NCBI GenBank assembly: GCA_020891255.1
Contig: BQFW01000012.1
Location: 434,001-498,000, forward strand
Direction: 5' to 3'
DNA: 64,000 nt
Source of the DNA: Entomortierella parvispora E1425
Lineage: Eukaryota; Fungi; Mortierellomycota
The notes under the pieces are model-generated. The model was not told the DNA's origin. It saw only the letters and a program-made list of their open reading frames with translations, and made no database searches. The stretch's first letter is position 1; the number at the start of each line of letters is the position of its first letter. Positions 37,360 to 48,381 of the stretch are shown one piece after another. The position numbers and the translations under genes are program-made.

Positions 37360-38516
37360 AAGAGACCAGCTATGGTTTACGATGAATAAATTGTCAAATG
37401 TTGCCCCTCCTACCAACTCGAGCAACACCAAGAGTGGTTGTTCGTAACGAGTCCTCTCCATTTCCGTTTATAGTACTAGCTGGTCCTCAGCTTAGTCCTG
37501 CGGCAGAGGAGCGGAAAGTGGAGCGTGGACGGATGGTGTTTGGGACAGGATTGGCAGCATCACCGCCATTCACCCCTTTCACTCCATTCGTTCAAGGGAT
37601 CAAATTAAAAAAGCCTAGGAACGACACCTGCTGGGTTTCTTGAGGAGCGCGTATATATTATGGGGTAGTTTGCCAAGAAAGAGAAAGTAGTGGGCTATCA
37701 TTTCAGATCAACCAAGGGCGGAGTAGCATTGGACCGCATTCCAAAACATGCCTACTATGTAATGGCCCAGGTTATCAGCCAGTGCTGGATCGACTGCAAG
37801 CTCGTTAAACCCAATCGCGCACCATCGAAGGGGTAAGCCTCGGTCCAATTGTCCCTCACCACCAGCGCGAGCGCGCGCGCTTTTCCTTACTGGAACAAGC
37901 CTCGTCACTGCCAGACTGAGCTTTGCAAGGATTTCGACGCCTGAGAGCAGTAACGTGTCTTGATCCCCTTTGGCCTTTAGTGTAACTTCCATAGTTTCCT
38001 TCGTCGCTGTGGATCGGCGTGGATATCCCCGGGAACAATGAATCCCGACTCTTTGCCAAACACGTCAGTGGAATGGCCGAATGCCTTTTGCAATGTTTTT
38101 TGTGTTCCAATGGCGGTTCAACGGCCAGAGATGCAGATTGCAAGTAAACAATCAGCATTGCAGGAACAACAATGGCCCTCATTGTGTGTGACCTGCAGTG
38201 TGGGATTCATTGTGGCAATGCAGGGTTGCATGGGAGCGCTCGTCGCGTGCATGGTGGTGTTGGTGGGGTGCGTGGGACACTAGAGAGGCTATGAAGACAA
38301 GAACGGGCCAGACGCGGTTGGCCGCAGGCTGCGAGGCATGGGTCTTTCACCACGGTCCAGCCGCCCAGTGGCGTGTTTCGACGTCACCTGGAGAAGAAGA
38401 CAGGGTACAAACATCGCTCTGTTTCTTTTCTTTCTTTTTCTTCTTCTCTTCTTCTTCTTCTTCAACACACACTCTCTCTTCCCTCTTTACACACCCACCC
38501 AAACACAATCTTCAAC

Positions 38517-39577
38517 ATGAACCCCTGCGGAAACAACGTTTGCACCTGCGGAGCCAGCTGTGGTAAGTTGCTCTCTTCTCTTCTTTTGAATCCTGCACAA
38601 TGAATCGAGACCGAAATGAGCCCCATGCATCATGCCTTTTTAAACCGCGATGCTGACCTCCCATTCCGCGTCCTTCATGCCCTTACTTTCTTACCTAGGC
38701 TGCGGCTCCGGCTGCCAGTGCGGAAAGGCCGCTGCTGCTGACACCACCGCCGCTTGCAACTGCAAGTCTGGTTCCAAGTGCACCTGCGCCGGCTCCTGCG
38801 CCTGCGCTTCCAAGGCCACCGCTGGATGCTCTTGCGCCTCGGGGTAAGTTTGTTGTTATGGTCGAGTCCCTTCCATGGGTGTGAGCGGTAGCGATCTGCC
38901 CTCCCGTCCTTCCCACTCCCTATCGTGATCCCGGCGTTCAACGAAGAGGGCCAAAGGGCAACGGAAGAAACTCAATTTTTCTTGACGCGAAAAAAAAAAA
39001 CTCCCACACACACTTGACGAGAAATCTCGGGTCGAACCAACGCGGCTTTTGGGCCATTCAGATGAGAATGAGACCCAGCTGGTTCACACAGACGCACTAG
39101 GTTTCTACTTTGACGACCGGAGTTGACAATGGATTCAGGGGATGCGGCACGGGAAGAGGAAATCCACATCTCATGGGGCAGCTGACTTTTTCTTCTTTTG
39201 CTGATCCTCGGCCCAGTCTCTCGGGATTCTCTTTCCCTTCTGGAAGCGCTAGCCAATCTGGATTGGGAGGCTGGACTTGAAAAATCGCGCTGTGTTGCAC
39301 TGGAAGAGCTGAGCATGGATGATTGGCGTCATAGAACGCCACGGGAAAAAAAAAGCGAGGGAGGAAGGGGACTAGATGTGAGAGATATGCAAGGCGCATG
39401 GGCAGAGATGGTCTCTGTACGGTCCATGACTCGGAGATGGGATTTTCTTTGTCTGTTTTTTTCTTTCTGCTTTGTCAAGATCGAATGCATGATCATGTAT
39501 CTCATTTATACATGCTTTTTTTCTCCGTCTCTAGATCTGCCTGCACCTGCAAGGGTAACTGCTCTTGCAGCAAGTAA
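38517..39577 (+). CDS. Metallothionein, 77 aa, 19 Cys, three exons (38517-38562, 38699-38843, 39535-39577)
   Basis: Spliced product MNPCGNNVCTCGASCGCGSGCQCGKAAAADTTAACNCKSGSKCTCAGSCACASKATAGCSCASGSACTCKGNCSCSK. GT-AG sites keep the frame; no aromatic residues; CxC motifs throughout. Confidence 0.9.
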
Positions 39578-40086
39578 AGCAACACCGCCCCTTTTCTTTA
39601 GAGTCGGCACAAAGGACTTTGGGCGTACTGGATCGGATTTTTTTGAGTCATTTTCATCTTGATCCTGACCTTGGCAACCCCTAGCCCTCCCGACTCTTCG
39701 AAAGACGAAATCTTGAAAAGAAAAAAAGAAAAAAGAAAAAAAAAAAGTACGATCGATTGAATCCCCATCTCCACATCACAAGAGCTGCTATGATGTCGGA
39801 GCGCCGATCTACCTAGTGGTTCGCTTTTTGTTTTCCCTCACAGAATAAAAACGAAGTCCATCTGTAAAAAAAAAAAGAGATTGTTGTTTGGAAGTCGATC
39901 TCTGATGAAACTGCCAGGCGAGCGTTGATCTCAAGCATTGTTAGGGTGCCCGAGCGTTGGCTAACAAACATCTCTCTGCCTGAACCACCTGATTACACAA
40001 TCATAGTCTACATTGAGTGGCTTGACTGAACTCAGTCATTGACTTGGTCAAAGGTGGTCAAACCATGTGTAGATTGTTTTCATCAA

Positions 40087-40290
40087 ACAGTTTCGCAGTC
40101 TCTGGGACTACACGTGGTATTGCCCTGCATTCTCGTAGTCTCTCTCTTGCGCATCTCTAGGACTACGAGGCATTGTAGTCTCTCTACAGTTTCGTAGTCT
40201 CTGGGACTACGTTGCATTGCCCTGAATTATCGCTGCACCTCCAGGACCACGTGTTGCTGCCCTAAAGTCTCTCATAGTCTCCTGGGACAA
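40087..40290. repeat. Degenerate ~99-bp tandem repeat containing GTAGTC...GACTAC hairpin motifs
   Basis: acagtttcg(c/t)agtctctgggactac at 40087 and 40186; further gtagtc, gactac and attgccctg copies lie between and after. Confidence 0.7.
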
Positions 40291-40799
40291 CCGTATTTCC
40301 TCTTCATCTATTATCATTGTAGGACGATTGTGCCTCAATGACCAGGGGAAGGTGTAAACTCAGGCGAGAGAAAAGTGCCAATCTAAATGAGCACGATTCG
40401 CCTGTTCTTTGGGGATGCACAGGAAAGACGGCTCGACCTTTCGTTTTGCCGCTCAATAGCCTTTCCTTTGCCCTTATCAACAGCCTCATGGGCGTGATCG
40501 AGAAACCACTCAATGGTGATGGTCAGAATATGAGGGCAAATTTGCTTTTTTTTTCATCGACTCTCAAGGTACTTTCTTCATTGCTGGGTCAGCTTCGCCA
40601 TTTTGAAGGGTTGAAAAGAACAAAGAGGTTGGGCTTTGTTCTTTTCTGTCGATTGAGCAGGGCTGTTGTCCTTTTGCCTCTGTTCACTGAACAACCGAAG
40701 ATGAGCTCCCAAGCAAATGTTGCTTTTCCCGGGAGATTCTTTCGCTCTCATTTTGCTCATGAAGAGAGCCTGCTGTGGAGCCACGGTCGACGAACAAGG

Positions 40800-40807
40800 T
40801 ATATAAA
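40800..40807 (+). promoter_or_regulatory. TATA box candidate of the kelch-like pseudogene
   Basis: TATATAAA about 70 bp upstream of ATG 40869; the paralog has TATAAAA at the equivalent position (48312). Confidence 0.55.
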
Positions 40808-40868
40808 GGCAGGGAGAACGTTTTCCTTGTTCAACAACAGCCTCCCTCCTCCCACACAGCTTTCTTCC

Positions 40869-42277
40869 ATGTTCCCTCCTTCTTTGTCTGCATTGGCCTC
40901 ACTTGCGATCTTGGCCTTGTCAACGGATCAGGTGAATGCGTAAACGACAAGTCCTACCGTTACCAGCCCCATTTCAACCTTGCCTACGGTTGGTCTCTCT
41001 CCACCTTTGCCTCCACCCGGTCCCTCTCCTTCCACAGCAGGTTTCCCAGACTTTTCCTTTATTGACGGCCGAGTTCTCTATCTGGGAGACGGGACATACT
41101 CGGGCAACCAACATATGTTTACGTTCGTGAGTGAATTCTACGCCTTGGATCTGACCACCGCCTGGACAACCACATCTCCTGCTTGGAAATCCTTGAGCCG
41201 CCTTACAGATTATCCTGGTGACAGCAATGGACCCCTCGCTGCGACTCCCGATGGCAAATCGGTGTTCTTCTTCCCCGCAACCAAGCACGTCTCTACGATG
41301 TGGCCACAAACCAGTATACCAATGAGACCTTTGTGGGCTTACCCATGAACTATGCTTCAAATGGTATCGTAACTGACACAGATTCTGGTCAGATCTATGG
41401 TTATGGGAGCTCCTCACCAACAGGCGACTGGAACATTACCGTGTTCGATCCTGTCAGGAACACCGCCTCGTATCAAACGCTTCCCGATGGCCCCAATGAG
41501 AACACTACAATGACAACAGTATACAGCAGCGCCAAAAAGAGTTTGTTCACCTTCAAGGCGCCATATGTCACAGGTGTCAGTCAGCTGAACCAGTACGACC
41601 TTGTCGCAAAGACTTTTAAACCAGTTGTAAGGACCAAGAGAGTTTTCTGACCAAGCTGAGCAAAAGTGGACTGAGTTTCGATTTGTTGATCTGTTCCCTT
41701 TTTTTTTCTTTTTTTTCTCCAGGTTGCAACAGGAGACATCCCTCCCCCAAGGACAAGCCCATGCTTCGTTTCTGGTAATGCAATGGGCTATATCGGCCAG
41801 TAACTCGACTGTTGATTTGTCTTTCTTCCTAACCATTCAACCTACATCTCACTTGGAACATTCGTAGTCAACAACGGTGCTAAATTGATCGTTGCGGGAG
41901 GCGGGATTGAAACGTCCGGAGCTGTTGTTCCCAATCTGGCTCTGGATGATGTGTACATGCTGGATGTCGCGACCATGGTGTGGACAAAGATGGCCAATAT
42001 GCCCACCAAATACTTTGGCGCTGCCTGTGCTGCTTCTGGTGATTCATTCATTATTTGGCGAGGTTACAACGTCTGCTCTTCGGATATGATGGCGGTGACA
42101 GCTAATTGGGGTGGCCCTGCCATCCTGGATATGAAGGCCAACACTTGGGGAACAAGTTATACCCCTCCTTCTAAAACCACAAATGGAGGCAACAGCAGCG
42201 CTTTGAACTTCTCTGCCAAGAGCTTTATGACTGGATACTTGGCCATCGCAGCCGCGACACTGTTCGTTATTATGTAA
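40869..42277 (+). pseudogene. Pseudogenised secreted kelch/galactose-oxidase-like beta-propeller protein with GPI-like C-terminus
   Basis: Close paralog of 48382-49825 with TAA at 40941-40943 where the paralog has CAA, plus a net 1-nt shortfall near 41275-41295 that shifts the frame. Confidence 0.85.
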
Positions 42278-43937
42278 GTCTAGTAGGCGGTCTTTCAGTG
42301 CAATAAAGCTCTTTGATTCTTTAATCCAACACTGGCATGGAGTGCCTACGTGTCGGCATGGTCATATGGTCTTTTATGGTCTTAATAGCCCTGATCAGTC
42401 TCTGGCAGTTCTTCTGTTTTCTGTGAACAAGCGTCGTAATACGACCTTAAAAGCCGAAGTATCAAAAAGGCCGTTTTTATTGATGCACCTTTGTGTATGA
42501 CCAACTCCTCTCCCGACCCCAAAAGAATTGGTGAAGTAATCTACCTTGATTGTACCGCTTGCCATTTTCTTTGTTTCTTGTTTTACGCGCCACCAAATAT
42601 GGTCCCTGAATCAGGGACACATGTCGAACATGTGATCAGTCCTCGAACATGCATCAGGTTCTGCTTCTTGCCTTCCTGCATTCTTCCATTCCTGCATTCC
42701 TGATTCACTAAAAGAGACTCAGTCGAATCCCATGTGCTACATTTGAACACTGGCCACTGGTGCATTCCTAATCCAATGAAGCACGCGAACTTCGTCCTGT
42801 GCAATTTCTCCATGCCATATCTCTTTTTGTTCCTCTGGTCCTTCGGTAAGACTCCGATCTGACTTTTCTGTTTCAGCATTCAACGAGCCAATCGCTCTCA
42901 TTTCAGAGGTCTAGTACGAAGGTAAAAACGCGATTTTCAGTCAAATTGCTTCAAGTACTTCAAAATCTGGAGAACAAAACGCGTTCAAGGGACGCGTCTT
43001 TCGTCCACTCTCTCGCAGACAGCATGCTCTTCTCCATCCTACCGTCACGTTCTTCCGTGCCAAGCCTCACCCGAGTCCCGAGTCAAGTTTTTTTTTGTGG
43101 CAAACACGTTATCCTGGCTCGAGAGGCTCGCCATTGGCCGCCTCCAAGCGCAAAGGCCTTCTCCCGAGTCATTTTTTTTTCTATGTGAGTTTGAAGATGC
43201 CGGCTTTTCGAAGGAATGCATCCAGCCAGGACGTGAATGTAAATGAGCCAGATGATTCCTTGCCCCCGATTGCACTCATTCCACCATTCACCACGCATGG
43301 CTGCGACCATTCCTCGTCGAGAATCGAAAGAGAGAAATTGGCTTACAGAGTGCGACATGGTCGTCATACTCGGGACTTATTGCCTTTTTGGGAACGCCGG
43401 GAGGACCTTACAGGCCAACATGGGATTTGTGCATGCTTGTAAAGGGGGACATGGTGTAGAAGAGGTGTAGAAGGGGGGTAGGGAAATAAGGGAACGGAAG
43501 GTGAAGGAAGTAGTTGAGAAAGAAAGGGAAAAAGCGTTTGCATGGGATTTATACGACAGGGAAAAAAAGGGAAAAATGAACCGGTCCATCTCATTTCGTA
43601 CAAATACGAGCCCGCGCCCCGTCTCATTTTTTGCTTCTTCATCCAACTCTTCTCTCTCTTCAGAGCACCCTTCACAAGCAAACGCTTTCTTCACAAGCAC
43701 AAAGCACCACTGCAAGGCCCTTCCTCCTCTGCCTGCCTGCCTGCCATGTCGGTCGTCCACTGCCGTCAAGAACTCAAGGCTCCCTGCCTCGGTCCTCATC
43801 GCCCTCCTCGGTGATCAAGCCACTTTCAAGACCGCTCCTTGCCGACAAGACGTCTGGTGCCTTTGATCCTTGGCAACCATGAGTTATCTTGTCCCTGGCC
43901 TGGCCCTCCTTCTGCGGCGACGCTTCTTCCAGTCCGT

Positions 43938-44461
43938 CCGCAAGAACAGCCGCCCTCCATTCGGCTTCATTGGCTCCATTCCGCGTCAAGAACAAGACAT
44001 TGGCCCGAGCCCCCGCCACCAAGAATCTTTCGCGACTGCTCTTCTGCGGTTGCAAGAAAGGAACAAGGTTCTGTACTTGGTCCCTCGGGAGGGTATTGAG
44101 CTTCTTTGCTGAAGCACTACCTTCTTGATACCATGGGAGTTCCTGGCGTGCTCAACGACCCTTTCAGAGGTCTAGAGCGACTACCTGCGCCTCCTTTTGC
44201 CGTTGCTGACATGGTTCTGTACCTGGTTCCTCGGCGGGTATTGAGCTTCTTCGTTGAAGAACTACCTGCCTGATACCTCGATGAGTTCCTGGCGTGCTTC
44301 ACCTGCGCCTTGCTTCTGACTTCGTTCTTAGTCTGGTCTTCCCTCGTCTGCAAGAACAGCTGCCTTCCATTCAGCTCATTGGCCTGCCCTCATTCGCGGC
44401 CAAGTTCAAGACATTGACCCTGAGCCCCGCCTTCAAGGCATTTCGCGACTGCCCACAGCGG
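43938..44461. repeat. Nested diverged direct repeats in A-B-B'-A' arrangement
   Basis: A (43938-44048) resembles A' (44348-44461); B (44067-44156) resembles B' (44213-44302), e.g. ggttctgtac(t/c)tggt(c/t)cctcgg...gggtattgagcttctt...gagttcctggcgtgct. Confidence 0.8.
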
Positions 44462-44847
44462 TCTGCATGCAAGGCCTTGGCTCCGCTGGTCTTCTTTAGT
44501 CTAGTAGCATGTGTGGTGTGTGGGGGGCCGCTTCTGTGGGCGCCAAGGGTATAGCGTCTGGTTAGGAGTCAGGGCTCATGCTCTACAGTTACTTCCTTTG
44601 ATACCTCACCTTGGGCCAAAGTGCAGAGCGGTGACTAGATAGTTGGGTTGGGTTGGGAACTGGGATCCTCTCTCTCTTTCAAGTCTTCAAATATATTTCA
44701 TCTGGCATCGTGGCCATTCAACAATTGTTTGTCCGTTTTTTAATGATATTTTGCGCACAGCCACGCGAGCCTTAAGTCAAGAATGGCCTTCTTTGTTCAT
44801 TTGCATCATTCAAGTTCAGCACATTCGTTACGCGACCATCCATTTCC

Positions 44848-46338
44848 ATGCAGATGCATCCCGAACAGCCAAGATTGACATCTAAGGATGCTCTTGCCAC
44901 ACCTGAGATTCTGTTCTCCATCGGCCGGTTCCTGTCCCGCCAAGCTTTGGCCCGGTGTCTGTTAGTATGTCGCTATTGGCATTTCACGTTGAAACCTTGT
45001 CTCTGGGAAGAGATTGAGGTGACCATGGATACAAAAGCCTCACCGCAGCCCGAAATTGCACAAGCGAATGCCTCTTTTATCCGCAAGCTGACTCTCTGGT
45101 CTAGGACAGCTTCCGATACTCAAATGGCCTTTACCTATCCACATTTGTCCGATCTCTTCATTGCTGGACCAGACTTTGGCGACAGATTCACGACAACTAG
45201 GCACAATTCTTTGCTCGTTGAGATTATTCAGAGACACCGTGAAACGCTCAGGAACGTGGTCATAACGCTCCGCGTAGATGGACCCGTCTTTGAGGCTCTG
45301 GCGGATTGCCCGAGATTGGAGACTCTGGCTTTCTCCAGGAACCTGGAGCTCAATGGAGTACCTCAGTGGATGCAGTCCTATCAAAAACTGCGTTCGCAAC
45401 TCCACGCCTTCGACTTGTTTGGGCCGCACTTTTCTGATCAGGGGCCTGCAATCATGACTCCGACATTGGCTGAGGAGTGGCGTCGGGCTCTCCCAGGACC
45501 GAATCGGATCCAGGATCTCACCCTTGCGCGTTCCGTCTATGGCGATTTCGAGAGCCTTCAGGGACTGCAGGCCTGGATGGTGCAAGATTGTCCGGATCTG
45601 GTTCGATTGAAATGGTACTCTCGATCCCGTGATGCCAGTGGTCCGATGTTGATGCGAAAGCTGGTGACTATCCTCCACGCGGGTCGACATTCGAGGCTGG
45701 AGGACGTGAGCATGCCTTTTGATTATTTTGATGACCAGGATTTCGAAGATTTGCTAAAGTCCCTTCACCGATTAACGAAATTGGATCTGAGCTGGACTCA
45801 ATTTCAGCCTACTTCATGGGAGAAGCTTCAGGCGATGCCTCGTCATCTCGAGACATTGGTTGCCTTGAATCTTGACGGCTGTTCTAGCTTGCCTGGATCC
45901 ACCGTCATGACGCTTCTGTGCTATCTCCCCAACTTGAAAGTTTTTAAAGCAGATGATCTTTATGATCAAGACCTTGAGGCAGAATCGGGACCTTGGGCGT
46001 GTATTGATCTTGAACGCCTTACGTTGTCCTTCTGGGTTCCTTCTGGAGACCTCTCGACCAAGCCGGTTCAAGATTTTTTGTTCCGGATCAGCCAGCTGAA
46101 GAAATTAAAGTCATGGGGATCCATCACTCCCAGGAAAAGAAGCGGGGTTGCATGCTCATGGACGCTCGATTGCGGTTTAGACCAATTGAGGAGTCTACGA
46201 GAACTGCAGCACGTATCCAGCAACGTCCTAAATTATGGACAGAAAGAGATTCAGTGGATGCTGGAACACTGGCCCCATCTGGTGAACCCTTCAAGGCAAC
46301 TCTTAATGAAGCGACTCCAAGCTCTGACAGATACGTAA
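44848..46338 (+). CDS. F-box / RNI-like LRR protein
   Basis: N-terminal ALATPEILFSIGRFL...LARCLLVCRYWHFTLKPCLW (F-box-like), LxxLxL repeats, and the WACIDLERL...GLDQLRSLRELQ...WMLEHWP ending recalled from the Mortierellaceae F-box/LRR expansion. Confidence 0.82.
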   Translation: MQMHPEQPRLTSKDALATPEILFSIGRFLSRQALARCLLVCRYWHFTLKPCLWEEIEVTMDTKASPQPEIAQANASFIRKLTLWSRTASDTQMAFTYPHLSDLFIAGPDFGDRFTTTRHNSLLVEIIQRHRETLRNVVITLRVDGPVFEALADCPRLETLAFSRNLELNGVPQWMQSYQKLRSQLHAFDLFGPHFSDQGPAIMTPTLAEEWRRALPGPNRIQDLTLARSVYGDFESLQGLQAWMVQDCPDLVRLKWYSRSRDASGPMLMRKLVTILHAGRHSRLEDVSMPFDYFDDQDFEDLLKSLHRLTKLDLSWTQFQPTSWEKLQAMPRHLETLVALNLDGCSSLPGSTVMTLLCYLPNLKVFKADDLYDQDLEAESGPWACIDLERLTLSFWVPSGDLSTKPVQDFLFRISQLKKLKSWGSITPRKRSGVACSWTLDCGLDQLRSLRELQHVSSNVLNYGQKEIQWMLEHWPHLVNPSRQLLMKRLQALTDT

Positions 46339-46408
46339 GAAATATGACGGCCTCGCTACTCCTAGATGACACACACTTTCTCCTCAATAAACTGAATTTA
46401 ATGTTCTA

Positions 46409-47498
46409 CTAATTTTGTGGATCGAGATGCTTACGAGCCAACTCTTCTGAGTACAACCAAAGTCTCTCTTGCAAGGCCTCGTTTCTCGCGGCAGCACTTG
46501 GTTGGATCTCATTTGCTATCGGAATAAAATACCTCCCTCGAATGTCCTCATTCTCCACCTCAGGACTCGTCGCCAAGTACAACTGTGTCAATGCGCCCTC
46601 ATCTGGGGTCATCCCCAACAGCTTCAAGGTGACCGTTAATGCAAACTTGGCCAGCACTCCAAATTCATTGGCGTCCCGATCTGTGTCTGTCAAGACGAAT
46701 CCAGGGTAGGCTACGTTGACGTAGACACGACTGTCGGCCAGATGACGCGCAAGGGATTTTGTAAAAAGGACAACTGCAAGTTTTGCTCGACCATATCGAG
46801 TGATATTGTCACTTTTGGATGGGTCATTGAGAGTCGAGAAATCAATTCCTTCTGGGACAGATTGTTCATGACCGAGAGAGCTGACATTGACGATCCTGGC
46901 TGGCTGAGATTCCTTCATCCTGTCTAATAGTGCCATTGTGAAGACATAGTGTCTATCAATGGGTGTTGAATGAAAAGTTGGGTTAGCCGTCAATCAGAGA
47001 TTGAAGAACCTGCGGCAAGTTCTCTTCAAAAGCGATGTGCGTATCCTTTTTTTTTTACCCGAGGTAGTTCACAGCAAAGACTTTCTCAATCCCATCCGCA
47101 CTCAGGGCCCACTTTCCAGCCGTGCCTGCGTTATTCACCAGGATATGAAGGGGCAATCCCTTCTTCAAGAACTCCTCCGCCGCCTGGTTCGATTTTCTCA
47201 TATCATTCAGGTCCAATTCCAAAAAGTCCAACTGGGGCGGATTTGAACGTGGGAATTTCTCTTGGATCTCCTCTTGGATTCGATCGATGGCGGCCAGGGC
47301 CTTTTCCTGGCTACGGCAGGCAAGGAAAACATGTGCACCATGACCAGCCAAGGCCACTACGGTCGCGTATCCCAACCCCGTGTTGGCACCCGTGACGATG
47401 GCAACTTTTCCCTCCAGAGAGGGGATTTGGTCGTGTGAGTACCGGTCTGGGGTGAAGAAGGTTTTCCAGAATTGAGGTTGCGTAAAGACGTTCATCAT
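46409..47498 (-). CDS. Short-chain dehydrogenase/reductase (retinol dehydrogenase-like), two exons
   Basis: VAIVTGANTGLG, NNAG, VNYLG|HY across intron 46953-47058, RIVNVSS and the YGRAK YxxxK motif. Confidence 0.92.
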
Positions 47499-48381
47499 CC
47501 TGGTAATTTGTAAAACGATTGGGAGCTTGGGAGAGTCCTTGAGGTAGGAAGTGATAGAAAAAGTCAGGTTTTTACTCAAGGGTCTTGCTGAGAGATCGGT
47601 GGATATATATGCGTTCTCATAGGATTCGAGTCGACACGGAATAATTTCGTCCAGGCATTCGGGGTCTCATCACGCGTCACAGTTCCAAAGAAAGTTCACC
47701 TGTTGGATGCGCATCCATGACGTGGCCCTTTGGCTCAGATCTCTCCTCTACGCACTTCCAACGTTGTCTTTGCTCGCATTTCCATGGCCTGTCGATGGCC
47801 CAACAGCAGGCGAAGGCGCAAATGGTCCCAGTGAGCCCACTATCACCTTGCAAGGATAAGAGTGTCCAGCTGGATGAGGCTGGTGAGTTACTGTTCTGGG
47901 GGATGCAAAGCAAAAAAAAAGTTTCGATTTCACCAGCTCTCAAGGGCAAAAAAAAAAAAAAGCATGTTGAAGAGCGTTGATCGACTTCCACATGGATTGC
48001 GGTCGACAAAGACAACAATGACCGTGAGGGAATTTATAAAAGTCGGCGTTTAACTGCCCCTTTCCTCGTATGTTTGCTTCTCCATTACTCGGTCCGCGTT
48101 TGCAAGGCCAGCCAAGGATTGAGTCTTTTCTACCAGTTGAGCGGGGCTGTTGCCGTTCCATTGGTCGCGCGAGAAAATATGCCTCGGTTGCATCCAGTCG
48201 ACGAGGAGCTCTCGACCAACTGTTCCTGGCAGCCCTCTCCTTTTCGCCCACTTTCGCCCACTTTGCCAAGAACAAGGTGTTGCCGCTGGATCTGAAATGA
48301 TGGCGAGGACTTATAAAAGTGAAGAGGAGGGGAGGGAGGGGTTTTTTTTGTATCCCACAACCTCCTTCTCAACTCTCCTCG

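Noticed and set aside
37600-38500. Metal-response elements upstream of the metallothionein
   Set aside because: Only short partial matches, indistinguishable from chance without comparative data.
39895-39995. TGATGA...CTGA box C/D snoRNA or hammerhead-like core
   Set aside because: No convincing terminal stem, rRNA-complementary guide, or stem II plus GAAA.
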